Source: an uncultured Polaromonas sp. (GTDB taxonomy: Bacteria > Pseudomonadota > Gammaproteobacteria > Burkholderiales > Burkholderiaceae_C). From it: 64,000 nt of DNA. Under the pieces are notes generated by a model, which was not told where the DNA came from, did not search any database, and worked only from the letters and a program-made list of their open reading frames with translations. The position numbers were made by a program, and so were the translations under genes. The stretch is taken from NCBI GenBank assembly GCA_964543355.1, contig CAZIYA010000003.1, positions 9,283 to 73,282 of the forward strand. The letters are read 5' to 3'. Below are positions 19,933 to 28,943 of this stretch, piece after piece (the stretch's first letter is position 1; each line of letters begins with the position of its first letter).

Positions 19933-20859
19933 TCACATGCGCAACAGCCGCTGCGCATTCCCGCTGGCGATCAGATTCCGGTCCGCGCTGGCCAGCCCGC
20001 ATTGGTCGAACAAGCTCGCGAGCCGGGCTGGCAAATCCGTTTCGGTGACGACCGGCCAGTCCGTGCCCGTGATGACATGGTCCGCCCCGACCAGCTCAAT
20101 GGCGGCACGAAGCATGACTGGGTGCGTCCCGGTCGTATCAATGAAGACGTTGCGCCGCGGTGACGCGCCTGCTCCGATCCGCGCCCCATCCGCCAGGCAC
20201 TCCCCCACAAGCAAGCCGCCGAGCGCGAACGCTGTCACGACGACATTCAGGCCGGGCATCTCTTCGAACATGCCGGAATGCATCATGGCAAGCAGCGCTG
20301 CGCTGTTGATCGCGCTGCGGGAGAGCCGCTCGCTGAACTTCCCGGTTTGCCTGAACTTCTGGCGCAGAGCGGCATCGGGCACCGGGTGCAGGAACACGGG
20401 GATGCCGAGTTGAGCCGCGGCCAGGAAGGTCGGCCTAGCCTCGGGAGCATCGGGCAGGAGATCGCCTTTGGCGCTTTCGATGATCACCCCCTTCAAGCCC
20501 AACTCCCTGACCGCTCGTGTGAGTTCGCGCGCCGACTCCTCTCCGCGGTATGCGTCGACGGTGGCGAGCCCATGCAGGACATCGCTGTTGCGATGCGTCA
20601 CCTCCGCGATGGAGTCGTTGATCCGGCGCACGATGTCGAGGCCGGCCTCTTCACCCGGAGTCAGGACGAACTCGAGCGATGTGTTGATCACACGGCTCCT
20701 GACGCCCGCAGTTCTCAGCGAGGCAAGCAGTGCCTCTTCCTGCGTCAGCCGCATGCTCACGCCGTCCCAGAACTCCTTCTGCGCCGGCGGGTTGCCCCGA
20801 GACGCATCCACAGGGATGCCTCGTCCGGCGAAGTGGCAGTGAAAGTCGATCACGTCCAT
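19933..20859 (-). CDS. Amidohydrolase-family protein
   Basis: IDFHCH, PVFLHP, GTDWP, SGNAQRLL motifs. Confidence 0.82.
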   Translation of the reverse strand: MDVIDFHCHFAGRGIPVDASRGNPPAQKEFWDGVSMRLTQEEALLASLRTAGVRSRVINTSLEFVLTPGEEAGLDIVRRINDSIAEVTHRNSDVLHGLATVDAYRGEESARELTRAVRELGLKGVIIESAKGDLLPDAPEARPTFLAAAQLGIPVFLHPVPDAALRQKFRQTGKFSERLSRSAINSAALLAMMHSGMFEEMPGLNVVVTAFALGGLLVGECLADGARIGAGASPRRNVFIDTTGTHPVMLRAAIELVGADHVITGTDWPVVTETDLPARLASLFDQCGLASADRNLIASGNAQRLLRM

Positions 20860-20869
20860 GGCCGGTCCC

Positions 20870-21778
20870 TCAGCTCTGCTTCGCCGCAAGCGCCCGGCCT
20901 GCGGATTTCCAGCCGTCGATGCCGCCACGCAGGAATTTGGCATCGACTCCCGCCGCGCGCAAGCGCATGGCTGTGGAACGCCCGACCTCGTGCCCGTACA
21001 CGCAATAGACCACCACAGGCTTGTCCATGGGCAACTGCGCGCACCAGGTATTCACCTGGCCCGGGTCCCGCCACTCGGAGCCTGGGATGATGGCATCAGC
21101 TTGCTCGAACACCCCCGCCCGGCGGACGTCGAGCACATGGGCGCCCGCAAGGTCGTCCGCCGTGACCGCCAGAGGCTCGCTGCTTGCATCCACCGCAGCC
21201 TGATACCGCGCGTAAACGCCAGCCCAGTTGGTGTTCTCCATGAACGCATCGACGTATTGGCCGGCTGCCGCCCCGAAATCAAGGTGGTAGGCGTGTTCGT
21301 ACATGTCGAGCGCAAGGATGGGAATGCCGCCCGCGGCGGCATGCGTGTGGTCCGCGGCCCATTGGTTCACGAGAGTCCCCTCGCGCGGCTGGAACACCAG
21401 CAGGACCCAGCCCGAGCCACCGGCCAAGGCTTTTCCCATGGCGACGAATTCTTCACGCCAACGGTCAACACTATCGAAGCTTCCCTGTAGCGCCAGCGCC
21501 ATCGCGGGTGTCATCGACTGCCCTGGGGGGCCGAGGCTGTCGAAGTACAGCTCGTGCAGGACCATGGAGTTGGTGGCGATCAGCTCCTCGCGCTTGAGCC
21601 CGTTCAAAACGAAGCCAGGAGCCGCCGGAAAAGGCAGTTCCTGCAGCCGCCCGCGGATGGCGTTGAGCCGCTTCACGGCGCCGCTGTAGTTGTTCTGGTG
21701 ATGGCTGCGCAGCAGCTTCTCCGAAAGTCCGTTCAGGCCGGCGGGGTCGAAGGGAAGGTTTTGAATTCGAGCGTCCAT
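20870..21778 (-). CDS. chrC: ChrC-like Fe/Mn superoxide dismutase fused to a rhodanese (ChrE-like) domain
   Basis: HHQNNY, LHELYF, LDMYEHAY ligands; C-terminal LDVRR...VVYCVYGHEVG...LRGGIDGW. Confidence 0.82.
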   Translation of the reverse strand: MDARIQNLPFDPAGLNGLSEKLLRSHHQNNYSGAVKRLNAIRGRLQELPFPAAPGFVLNGLKREELIATNSMVLHELYFDSLGPPGQSMTPAMALALQGSFDSVDRWREEFVAMGKALAGGSGWVLLVFQPREGTLVNQWAADHTHAAAGGIPILALDMYEHAYHLDFGAAAGQYVDAFMENTNWAGVYARYQAAVDASSEPLAVTADDLAGAHVLDVRRAGVFEQADAIIPGSEWRDPGQVNTWCAQLPMDKPVVVYCVYGHEVGRSTAMRLRAAGVDAKFLRGGIDGWKSAGRALAAKQS

Positions 21779-21786
21779 GGTGCACC

Positions 21787-23136
21787 TCAGATCAGGTTGG
21801 TGAGTCGCAGCACCAGTCCAACGATGCCGGAGACCAGCACCACGGGAATGACGCCTGCTTTGAAGCGGAAAAGGGCTATGGCAGCTGCCAGTCCGATGGC
21901 AGCGGACGGCCAATCGAATCGGCCCGCGAGACCTTGCGGCCAGAGCACGTGGTAAGCAAAGAACACCGCAAGGTTCACGATGACGCCGACGACGGCGGCC
22001 GTGATGCCCACAAGGGGCGCGGTGAACTTCAGGTTGCCATGGGTGGACTCGATGAACGGTCCGCCCAGGAGAATGAAGAAGAACGAGGGAAGAAATGTGA
22101 AGAACGTAACCACGGTCGCTGCGACCGCACCGGCGAGGAAGAGCGATTCCGGACCGAAGATCGCCTTCGTCCAGCCTCCCACGAAGCCGACGAACGCGAC
22201 GACCATGATGAGCGGGCCGGGCGTGGTCTCGCCAAGTGCCAACCCGTCGATCATCTGGGAGCCCGTGAGCCATTGGTAGTTGTCCACCGCACCCTGGTAA
22301 ACGTACGGGAGCACCGCATAGGCGCCGCCAAAGGTCAATAGCGCGGCTTTGGTGAAGAACCACGCCATCTGCGTGAGCACCGCGTCCCACCCGTATGCAG
22401 CCGTGAGAGCACCGATGACGGCTACCCACAGACTTAGGCAGACGACCAGCACTTGCCTGAAACGCTTCCAGGTGAAGAGCGCATGGGAGGGTGTGGGCGT
22501 GTGGTCATCGATGAGGGCCGGGCCGAACTGTTTGGCGGAACTGCCGTGGCCACCGGTCTTGAACTTGTCGGGTGCGTACTTCCCGCCGAAGTAGCCGATG
22601 ATGCCAGCAGCGAGCACGATCAGCGGGAACGGGATGTTGAAGGCGAAGATGGAGATGAATGCCGCGGCCGCGACGCTCCATAGCCAGCCGTTTTTCAGCG
22701 CGCGGGAGCCAACCCGGTACGCGGCATGTATCACCAGCGCGGTGACGGCAGGCTTGATACCGTAGAACAAGCCCGCGATGGCCGGGACGTGACCGAAAGC
22801 CATGTAGACCCAGGACAGGGCAACCAGGATGAACAGCGACGGCAGAACGAACAGCCCGCCGGCGACAACACCACCCCACGTCCGGTGCATCAACCATCCA
22901 ATGTAGGTCGCGAGCTGTTGCGCCTCGGGGCCGGGCAGCAGCATGCAGTAGTTCAGGGCGTGCAGGAACCGGTTCTCGGAAATCCAGCGCCGGCGCTCCA
23001 CGAGCTCCTCGTGCATGATGGCTATCTGCCCGGCAGGCCCACCGAAGCTGATGAAGCCAAGCTTCAGCCAGAAGGAGAACGCTTCTCCACGGGTGATGGG
23101 TTCAGGAGCTGCTTGGTCGAGGGTATGAGTTGTCAT
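21787..23136 (-). CDS. chrA: Long-chain chromate efflux transporter
   Basis: KLGFISFGGPAGQ, LPGPEAQQ, TFGGAYAV, TPGP motifs. Confidence 0.95.
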   Translation of the reverse strand: MTTHTLDQAAPEPITRGEAFSFWLKLGFISFGGPAGQIAIMHEELVERRRWISENRFLHALNYCMLLPGPEAQQLATYIGWLMHRTWGGVVAGGLFVLPSLFILVALSWVYMAFGHVPAIAGLFYGIKPAVTALVIHAAYRVGSRALKNGWLWSVAAAAFISIFAFNIPFPLIVLAAGIIGYFGGKYAPDKFKTGGHGSSAKQFGPALIDDHTPTPSHALFTWKRFRQVLVVCLSLWVAVIGALTAAYGWDAVLTQMAWFFTKAALLTFGGAYAVLPYVYQGAVDNYQWLTGSQMIDGLALGETTPGPLIMVVAFVGFVGGWTKAIFGPESLFLAGAVAATVVTFFTFLPSFFFILLGGPFIESTHGNLKFTAPLVGITAAVVGVIVNLAVFFAYHVLWPQGLAGRFDWPSAAIGLAAAIALFRFKAGVIPVVLVSGIVGLVLRLTNLI

Positions 23137-24077
23137 TTGGCGGCCTTCAAAGCAGCGTGCAGGGTGTCAAAAAAGGTGAAAGCCGCTTCTAGCAACTGGT
23201 CGTCGTCCCCGTGCTGCGCCTGCAAGCCTCGGACGATCATTTCGATGCCCGGCGCTTCGTCGAGCGGAATGCCACCGACATCGATGTAGTGGACGAACTG
23301 GGCGAGTCGCGCCAGGACGGGCTCGTTGTCTAGACCGAAGCTCTTGGCGACGACCTCGAAGGTCACCAGCTCACCCACGTGCGTGAAGGTCGCCCCGTCG
23401 AAGTCGTAGCCGAGAGCCGACTTGGGGCATTTTTTCGGGTCCGACAGCCAGATGAAGTTCGGGGACTTGTCGATGAAGCGACTGACCAGCCAGGCGGTGG
23501 CCAGACGGTCTACCCACGGGCGCTTGCGGGTGGCCCAGATACGGCCCTGATAGTCCTCAATGGAAAGCGAGGGGACGACGGCCTTTGTAGGCGACGGCTC
23601 GTCCGGTGAGAGATGCAGTTCAATCTCACGTCGCAGAGCCGAGACCGCGTCGACACACCGTGCGCTCTCCTTGCCCGGGAAGAAATCGCTCGCCTGGACC
23701 TGCTGCAACTGCTGCTCAAGGCTGCGCAGTGTCTTGTGGAGTTCCGCTTCACTGGCCGCCTGGATGCCCTTGCGGGCGTCCTTCACGGTTTGCAGCAACT
23801 CCGCATAGTGCTCGGAGCGGTCGAACAGGGCTCGGAACGCCTGTTCCTGAGCCTCATCGCGCGCACGCAACTCGAGCAAATGGGCATCGGCACCCGCATC
23901 GGCAATCGTCTTAGCGAGTTCCCGGAGAGCAACGGCGGAGGGTGCGGTGGCTGGAAGGACATAAACCCCCTCCCGAAGCGTTCCCGCACCCGTGGTCTTA
24001 AGCGCGCGCCATACCCGGACCCGCAGACCACTCGGCGTGGTCGGCAGCGTCGCGGTAAGAATTAGCCAATCAGTCAT
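23133..24077 (-). CDS. chrB: Chromate-sensing regulator
   Basis: RVRVWRALK N-terminal domain; WATRKRPWVDRLATAWLV.RFID, FDGATFTH. Confidence 0.92.
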   Translation of the reverse strand: MTDWLILTATLPTTPSGLRVRVWRALKTTGAGTLREGVYVLPATAPSAVALRELAKTIADAGADAHLLELRARDEAQEQAFRALFDRSEHYAELLQTVKDARKGIQAASEAELHKTLRSLEQQLQQVQASDFFPGKESARCVDAVSALRREIELHLSPDEPSPTKAVVPSLSIEDYQGRIWATRKRPWVDRLATAWLVSRFIDKSPNFIWLSDPKKCPKSALGYDFDGATFTHVGELVTFEVVAKSFGLDNEPVLARLAQFVHYIDVGGIPLDEAPGIEMIVRGLQAQHGDDDQLLEAAFTFFDTLHAALKAAK

Positions 24078-24325
24078 GAAGCAATCATCTCATAAAGAGA
24101 TGAACGTTACAAGAAGGGCTGTTGATTGGGCACTGAAACGTGCTGCCGGTAGCCGTTTGGCGTGCTGGAGCGAAAGCGAGATAATCGAGTTAGGAAGCGG
24201 AAATGTCTGCGGTGCGGAGCCGCAATTTCCGGTTTTCTACTGGCCTGTTTGGTGTACCCCAGGATGTACCCTGCAAGTAGGACGAATTGGTGAGAGCGAG
24301 TAGTGACGCGGGTTGCAGGCGGTTC

Positions 24326-24348
24326 TTCGATTCCGCCCCAGGCCACCA
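24326..24348 (+). repeat. tRNA-Phe 3' end duplicate (att-like copy 2)
   Basis: 23 bp identical to 403-425; preceded by paired TGTACCC arm-like repeats at 24253-24271. Confidence 0.82.
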
Positions 24349-24355
24349 GACGCAT

Positions 24356-24390
24356 AAGCCCTTGATTCTTAATGGAATCAAGGGCTTTTT
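24356..24390 (+). terminator. Hairpin plus T run after the tRNA fragment (terminator and/or IHF-like att element)
   Basis: AAGCCCTTGATTC-ttaatg-GAATCAAGGGCTT-TTT. Confidence 0.65.
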
Positions 24391-24851
24391 CAATTCTCGT
24401 ACGCCCTTAACCCTTCATTTGCAGTCAATATCCTCGCAGGAGTCGCCGACCGCGATGATCTGGGCATGAGCGCCTGCGCGACGGGCGGGGTCGTCGTAGT
24501 CCGTCGCGGTCATAGGCCATGCTGGCATGGAACGGCACAGAGATGCGCCGGACGGCGGGGCAACTGTCCGATCGAGCTTGCGCATGGACGAGCTTTTGGT
24601 CATGGAAGACTGATCTTGGTACATCCGCCAATTGCTGCGATGCAGAAAGAAATTTCATAACCCGCGCTCGGCAATTTCGCAAACTACAGCCGCGACACAC
24701 CGGCTAGCATCCCGGTCTTGATGTGCGCGATGCCGACATCTTCCGGGGTCCCCATCGCATGGCAGTCGCCTGAATAGGTATGCGAGCGCCAGCGTACGCC
24801 GCTGCCTTTTACCTGCTTGCAACAGCTTCCGGACAAGCAACGAGGAACTTG

Positions 24852-25619
24852 ATGACCGAGCAAACCCGCTATCCGAGCCTTAACGGCAGGAGCGTACTCA
24901 TTTCCGGCGGCGCAACGGGAATCGGCGCGACCTTCGTGGAATATTTCGCCTCCCAGGGCGCCAAGGTGGGGTTTGTTGACATCGACACGGAGGGCGCCTT
25001 GGCTTTGCAAGCCAAGCTTGCGCATGTGGGAATACGTGGCGTCCATTTCGAGGAATGCGATGTCACGGATACCCCTCGGTTGCGAAACGCGATTGGTACG
25101 CTTCGCCAGCGGATCGGCCCCATACAGGTGCTCGTGAACAACGCAGCGAATGACCAGCGCCATCTTATTGAAGAAACAACGCCCGAGTCATGGGACAGCG
25201 GCGTTGCGGTGAATCTAAAGCACTACTTTTTTGCCGCGCAGGAGGTTTTCAAAGACATGAAAGCCCTGGGCGAAGGCTCGATCATCAATCTCGGCTCGGT
25301 GAGCTGGATGGTCAAGACAGGTGGGATGCCTGTGTATACAACGTGCAAGTCCGCGGTTCAAGGACTCACCAGAAGTCTGGCGCGGGACTTCGGCCCCTAT
25401 CGCATTCGGGTCAACACGATTGTGCCGGGGTGGGTCATGACCGAGAAGCAGATCCGGCTATGGGTGACGCCGCAAGCCAAAGTCGAACTGGCAAAGGCGC
25501 AGTGCCTGCCAGGCGAACTTGTGCCCGGGCACATTGCGCGCGCCGCGCTCTTTCTCGCCTCTGACGAGAGTAGCATGATCACTGCGCAGGACCTGGTCGT
25601 CGACGGCGGCTGGACATGA
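24852..25619 (+). CDS. SDR oxidoreductase, similar to NAD-dependent D-xylose 1-dehydrogenase
   Basis: YPSL.GRSVLISGGATGIG, NNAANDQRH, YTTCK, PGWVMTEKQ. Confidence 0.85.
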   Translation: MTEQTRYPSLNGRSVLISGGATGIGATFVEYFASQGAKVGFVDIDTEGALALQAKLAHVGIRGVHFEECDVTDTPRLRNAIGTLRQRIGPIQVLVNNAANDQRHLIEETTPESWDSGVAVNLKHYFFAAQEVFKDMKALGEGSIINLGSVSWMVKTGGMPVYTTCKSAVQGLTRSLARDFGPYRIRVNTIVPGWVMTEKQIRLWVTPQAKVELAKAQCLPGELVPGHIARAALFLASDESSMITAQDLVVDGGWT

Positions 25620-26629
25620 CCCTGGATCCGGGTCTTTCATCCGCCTCCGCCCTCATCCTGGTGACGGGTGCAACCGGCAAGGTCGGGCGACCATTTATTG
25701 ACCGTCTGCTAGGCGATGCGCGCTACGACAGGTTCCGGGTTCGTGCGCTGTGCCACCACCGGAAGTTGCCGCCGCATCCCCGAATCGAATCCGTGCACGG
25801 CTCCATCCAGCATCGCGCCGATGTTAGCCGTGCGGTGGAGGGCGCGACGCATGTTCTCCATCTTGCGACCAGCAAGGAGACGCCGGACGACGTGATGGAC
25901 GTGGCGGTCAAGGGGATGTTCTGGCTGCTCGAGGAATGCCGCGCAAGCAAGACATTCCGCCAGTTCCTGCTCGTAGGAGGAGACGCCGCAGTGGGCCACT
26001 TCTACTATCCGCGCAGCGCGCCTGTCGTCGAGAGCCAACCGCACAGTGCTTACCCCGGGTGCTATGCGCTGTCCAAGGTGCTGGAGGAAGTGATGCTGCA
26101 GCAGTACCAGATCCAGTACGGACTCAACAGCTGCTGCCTGCGTGCACCCTGGATCATGGAGAAAGATGACTTCCGTTACACCCTGTCCTTCGGCGACGAT
26201 GTCTTCGGCGGACCGCGCTGGCATGAGCTGGTGGGGGAATCAAAAGCGCGCGGATACGTGGCATCTGCGGCCGTTCCGGTCATGCTGGACCCGGAGGGCG
26301 TGCCAGTGAGGCGCAACTTCGTGCACGTGGACGATATGGTGGAGGCACTTCTGCTGGCGCTCGACGCGCCGCAAGTCCGGCACCAGCTGATGAACGTCTG
26401 CATGGACGAGCCCATCGACTACGGAGTACTGGGAGACTACCTGGCGCGCACGCGTGGCCTGCCGCTGGTTCCTCTGCGGACTCCCTACCACTCGACATGG
26501 CTGGACAACACCAAGGCGAAATTCCTTCTGGGCTGGCGCCCGCGGTACGACATGGCGCGGCTCGTGGAGGCCGCGTGGACCTACCAGCGCTCCTCGGATG
26601 AGCCCCGCATCGTCTGGTATCCCGGATAG
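25616..26629 (+). CDS. NAD-dependent epimerase/dehydratase family protein
   Basis: ILVTGATGKVG, YALSK, NFVHVDD. Confidence 0.85.
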   Translation: MTLDPGLSSASALILVTGATGKVGRPFIDRLLGDARYDRFRVRALCHHRKLPPHPRIESVHGSIQHRADVSRAVEGATHVLHLATSKETPDDVMDVAVKGMFWLLEECRASKTFRQFLLVGGDAAVGHFYYPRSAPVVESQPHSAYPGCYALSKVLEEVMLQQYQIQYGLNSCCLRAPWIMEKDDFRYTLSFGDDVFGGPRWHELVGESKARGYVASAAVPVMLDPEGVPVRRNFVHVDDMVEALLLALDAPQVRHQLMNVCMDEPIDYGVLGDYLARTRGLPLVPLRTPYHSTWLDNTKAKFLLGWRPRYDMARLVEAAWTYQRSSDEPRIVWYPG

Positions 26630-26718
26630 GAAAGCTGCTTCGCCCGTTGCCGCACCGGGCGAAGCTGACGAATGGAGTGCTGGCTCGCTTCGACGAAATC
26701 AACTTCAGGAGACCCGAC

Positions 26719-27696
26719 ATGAAACCCCTTCAACGACGCAAATTCGCGGCGGTTCTGGCTGGCGCCAGCCTCGTGCTGGCGTGGAGCCCGTTTGCCCATG
26801 CCCAAGCCGCAGGCAAGAAGCTGGTGATCGGCTTCGCGCAGACCGGTGCCGAGAGCGAATGGCGCACGGCGAATACGGAATCCGTCAAGGCCGCCGCGAA
26901 CGCAGCCGGCTACGAGCTGAAGTTCTCCGACGCGCAGCAGAAGCAGGAAAACCAGATCAAGGCGATCCGCTCCTTCATTGCCCAGAAGGTGGACGTCATC
27001 ATCCTCGCGCCGCTCGTCACAACGGGCTGGGACACCGTGCTGCGAGAGGCCAAGGCCGCCAAGATCCCCGTTATTCTGGAAAGCCGCAATGTGGTGGTGA
27101 AGGATGCCTCCACCTGGACCACCTTCGTGGGTTCGGACTTCGTCGAGGAAGGCCGCCGCGCCGCGCAGTGGTTGCTCGCGCACACGAAAAGCACCACTGG
27201 CGACGTGAACATCGTCGAACTGCAGGGCACCGTGGGGTCCGATCCGGCCATCGAACGGAAGAAGGGCTTTGAGGAAGTGCTCAAAGCCAACCCGCGCTAC
27301 AAGATCATCCGCTCGCAGACCGCCGACTTCACCCGCGCCAAGGGCAAGGAGGTCATGGAGGCCTTCCTGAAAGCCGAGGGCAAGAAGATCAACGTGCTGT
27401 ACGCGCATAACGACGACATGGCCATCGGCGCGATTCAGGCCATCGAGGAGGCGGGCCTGAAGCCAGCCAAGGATATCCTCGTCATCGGCGTGGATGCGGT
27501 CAAGGGTGCCTTCGAGGCGATGATCGCCGGCAAGATGAACGTCAGCGTGGAGTGCAACCCATTGCTCGGTCCTCAGTTGATGGAAGCAGCAGCCAAAGCC
27601 GCCGCCGGGCAGAAGCTGCCGCGCTGGATCAAGTCGATCGAGGGCGTGTTTCCGGCCGAAGTGGCTGCCAAGGAGTTTCCCAACCGCAAATACTAG
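26719..27696 (+). CDS. Sugar ABC transporter binding protein (YtfQ-like)
   Basis: GFAQTGAESEWRTANT, SDAQQKQENQIKAIRSFIAQKVD, HNDDMA, VECNP. Confidence 0.88.
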   Translation: MKPLQRRKFAAVLAGASLVLAWSPFAHAQAAGKKLVIGFAQTGAESEWRTANTESVKAAANAAGYELKFSDAQQKQENQIKAIRSFIAQKVDVIILAPLVTTGWDTVLREAKAAKIPVILESRNVVVKDASTWTTFVGSDFVEEGRRAAQWLLAHTKSTTGDVNIVELQGTVGSDPAIERKKGFEEVLKANPRYKIIRSQTADFTRAKGKEVMEAFLKAEGKKINVLYAHNDDMAIGAIQAIEEAGLKPAKDILVIGVDAVKGAFEAMIAGKMNVSVECNPLLGPQLMEAAAKAAAGQKLPRWIKSIEGVFPAEVAAKEFPNRKY

Positions 27697-27828
27697 CGAT
27701 ACGGGTTTTGACATTCGTATGGCCGCAGAAGCGACTGGCCTGGGAGTCGGCGTTCACTACGATCAACCGCGCGGTTTCGAAATCGCGCTGGTGCCGCCAG
27801 GCCGGCACTACACGATCAGGAGACAGCA

Positions 27829-28932
27829 ATGCACACGAGACGAGACATTCTTGCCGCAAGCGCCGGCGCAGCACTGGCTGGTATCGGGGGACCCGCGGTG
27901 GCGCAGACCCATGAGCCCGCCTGCTTCAAGCCTTTTTCCTCCAGCACGAAGACCATCCAGTACCCGGCCAAGAAGGGGCCTTACCGCATCGCTCTGGCCA
28001 ATGGTTATGCCGGCAACAGCTGGCGCATCCAGATGATCAAGTCGCTGAAGGCCTATGCGGCGACGCCGGAGATGAAGCCGCACATCAAGGAGCTGAAGGT
28101 CGTATCCACCGGCACCGACGTCGCTGCGCAGCTGGGCGCCGTTGACAACTTCATCAACGCGGGTTTCGACGCCATCCTCACCATCGCGGTGTCGCCCACT
28201 TCGTTCAAGCCGGTGATCAAGCGCGCCAAGGAGGCGGGTGTTGTGCTCGTCCCGTTCGACAACGTGCTCGACACCGACGAGGTCATTCAGGTCAACGAAG
28301 ACCAGCTCGAGATGGGCCGCCTGATGGGACGATGGCTGGAGAAGAACGGGGTCATCAGCGGCAAGGTGCTGGAGATCCGCGGCCTGCCGGGCAACTCGGT
28401 GGACCGCGACCGTCACCTGGGTTTCCGCGAGATCATGGACAAGCACAAGGGCGTGCAGATCGTCGAGGTGGTCGGCAACTGGGACGATGGCACTTCCCAG
28501 AAGGTGGCGGCAGACGCCATCGCCGTGCACGGCCGGTTCAACGGCATCTACACCCAGGCCGGATCCAACGGCACGATCCGCGCGCTCATGGAGGCCAAAC
28601 ATCCCTTCGTGCCAGTCGGCGCCGAGGGAGAGAATGGCTTCCGCAAGATGGTCTACGCGCACCACAAGGACGGGCTCAAGGGCGCTTCGGCCGCGCAGTC
28701 CCCCGGCCTGGTGGCCGTGGCGCTGAAGGCGGCCATTGCCGCACTGCAGGGACAGAAACTGCCCCAGTACATCTCGGTGCCCATCCCTTACGTGGAATAC
28801 CAACAGCTGGCGCCCGGGAAGAACTTCTATCCCGACCTGCCGGACACGTTCTATGTGGCCAATGAATTCCCGCCGTGCAACATCAACATCACGGCGCCGG
28901 ACATCATGAAGCAGAGCGAAGGAAACACCTGA
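27829..28932 (+). CDS. Second sugar ABC transporter binding protein (Tat leader)
   Basis: TRRDIL leader; ALANGYAGNSWRIQM periplasmic-binding-protein fold. Confidence 0.85.
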   Translation: MHTRRDILAASAGAALAGIGGPAVAQTHEPACFKPFSSSTKTIQYPAKKGPYRIALANGYAGNSWRIQMIKSLKAYAATPEMKPHIKELKVVSTGTDVAAQLGAVDNFINAGFDAILTIAVSPTSFKPVIKRAKEAGVVLVPFDNVLDTDEVIQVNEDQLEMGRLMGRWLEKNGVISGKVLEIRGLPGNSVDRDRHLGFREIMDKHKGVQIVEVVGNWDDGTSQKVAADAIAVHGRFNGIYTQAGSNGTIRALMEAKHPFVPVGAEGENGFRKMVYAHHKDGLKGASAAQSPGLVAVALKAAIAALQGQKLPQYISVPIPYVEYQQLAPGKNFYPDLPDTFYVANEFPPCNINITAPDIMKQSEGNT

Positions 28933-28943
28933 AGGAACGCGCC

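Larger units (their letters stand above)
426..24348. mobile_element. Degenerate genomic island bounded by tRNA-Phe 3' direct repeats; no integrase seen
   Basis: Identical 23-bp TTCGATTCCGCCCCAGGCCACCA at 403-425 and 24326-24348; mosaic cargo, IS remnants and lower-GC segments in between. Confidence 0.65.

Noticed and set aside
21779-22429. N-terminal extension making a 519-aa ChrC
   Set aside because: Overlaps chrA in another frame; SOD homology starts at ATG 21778
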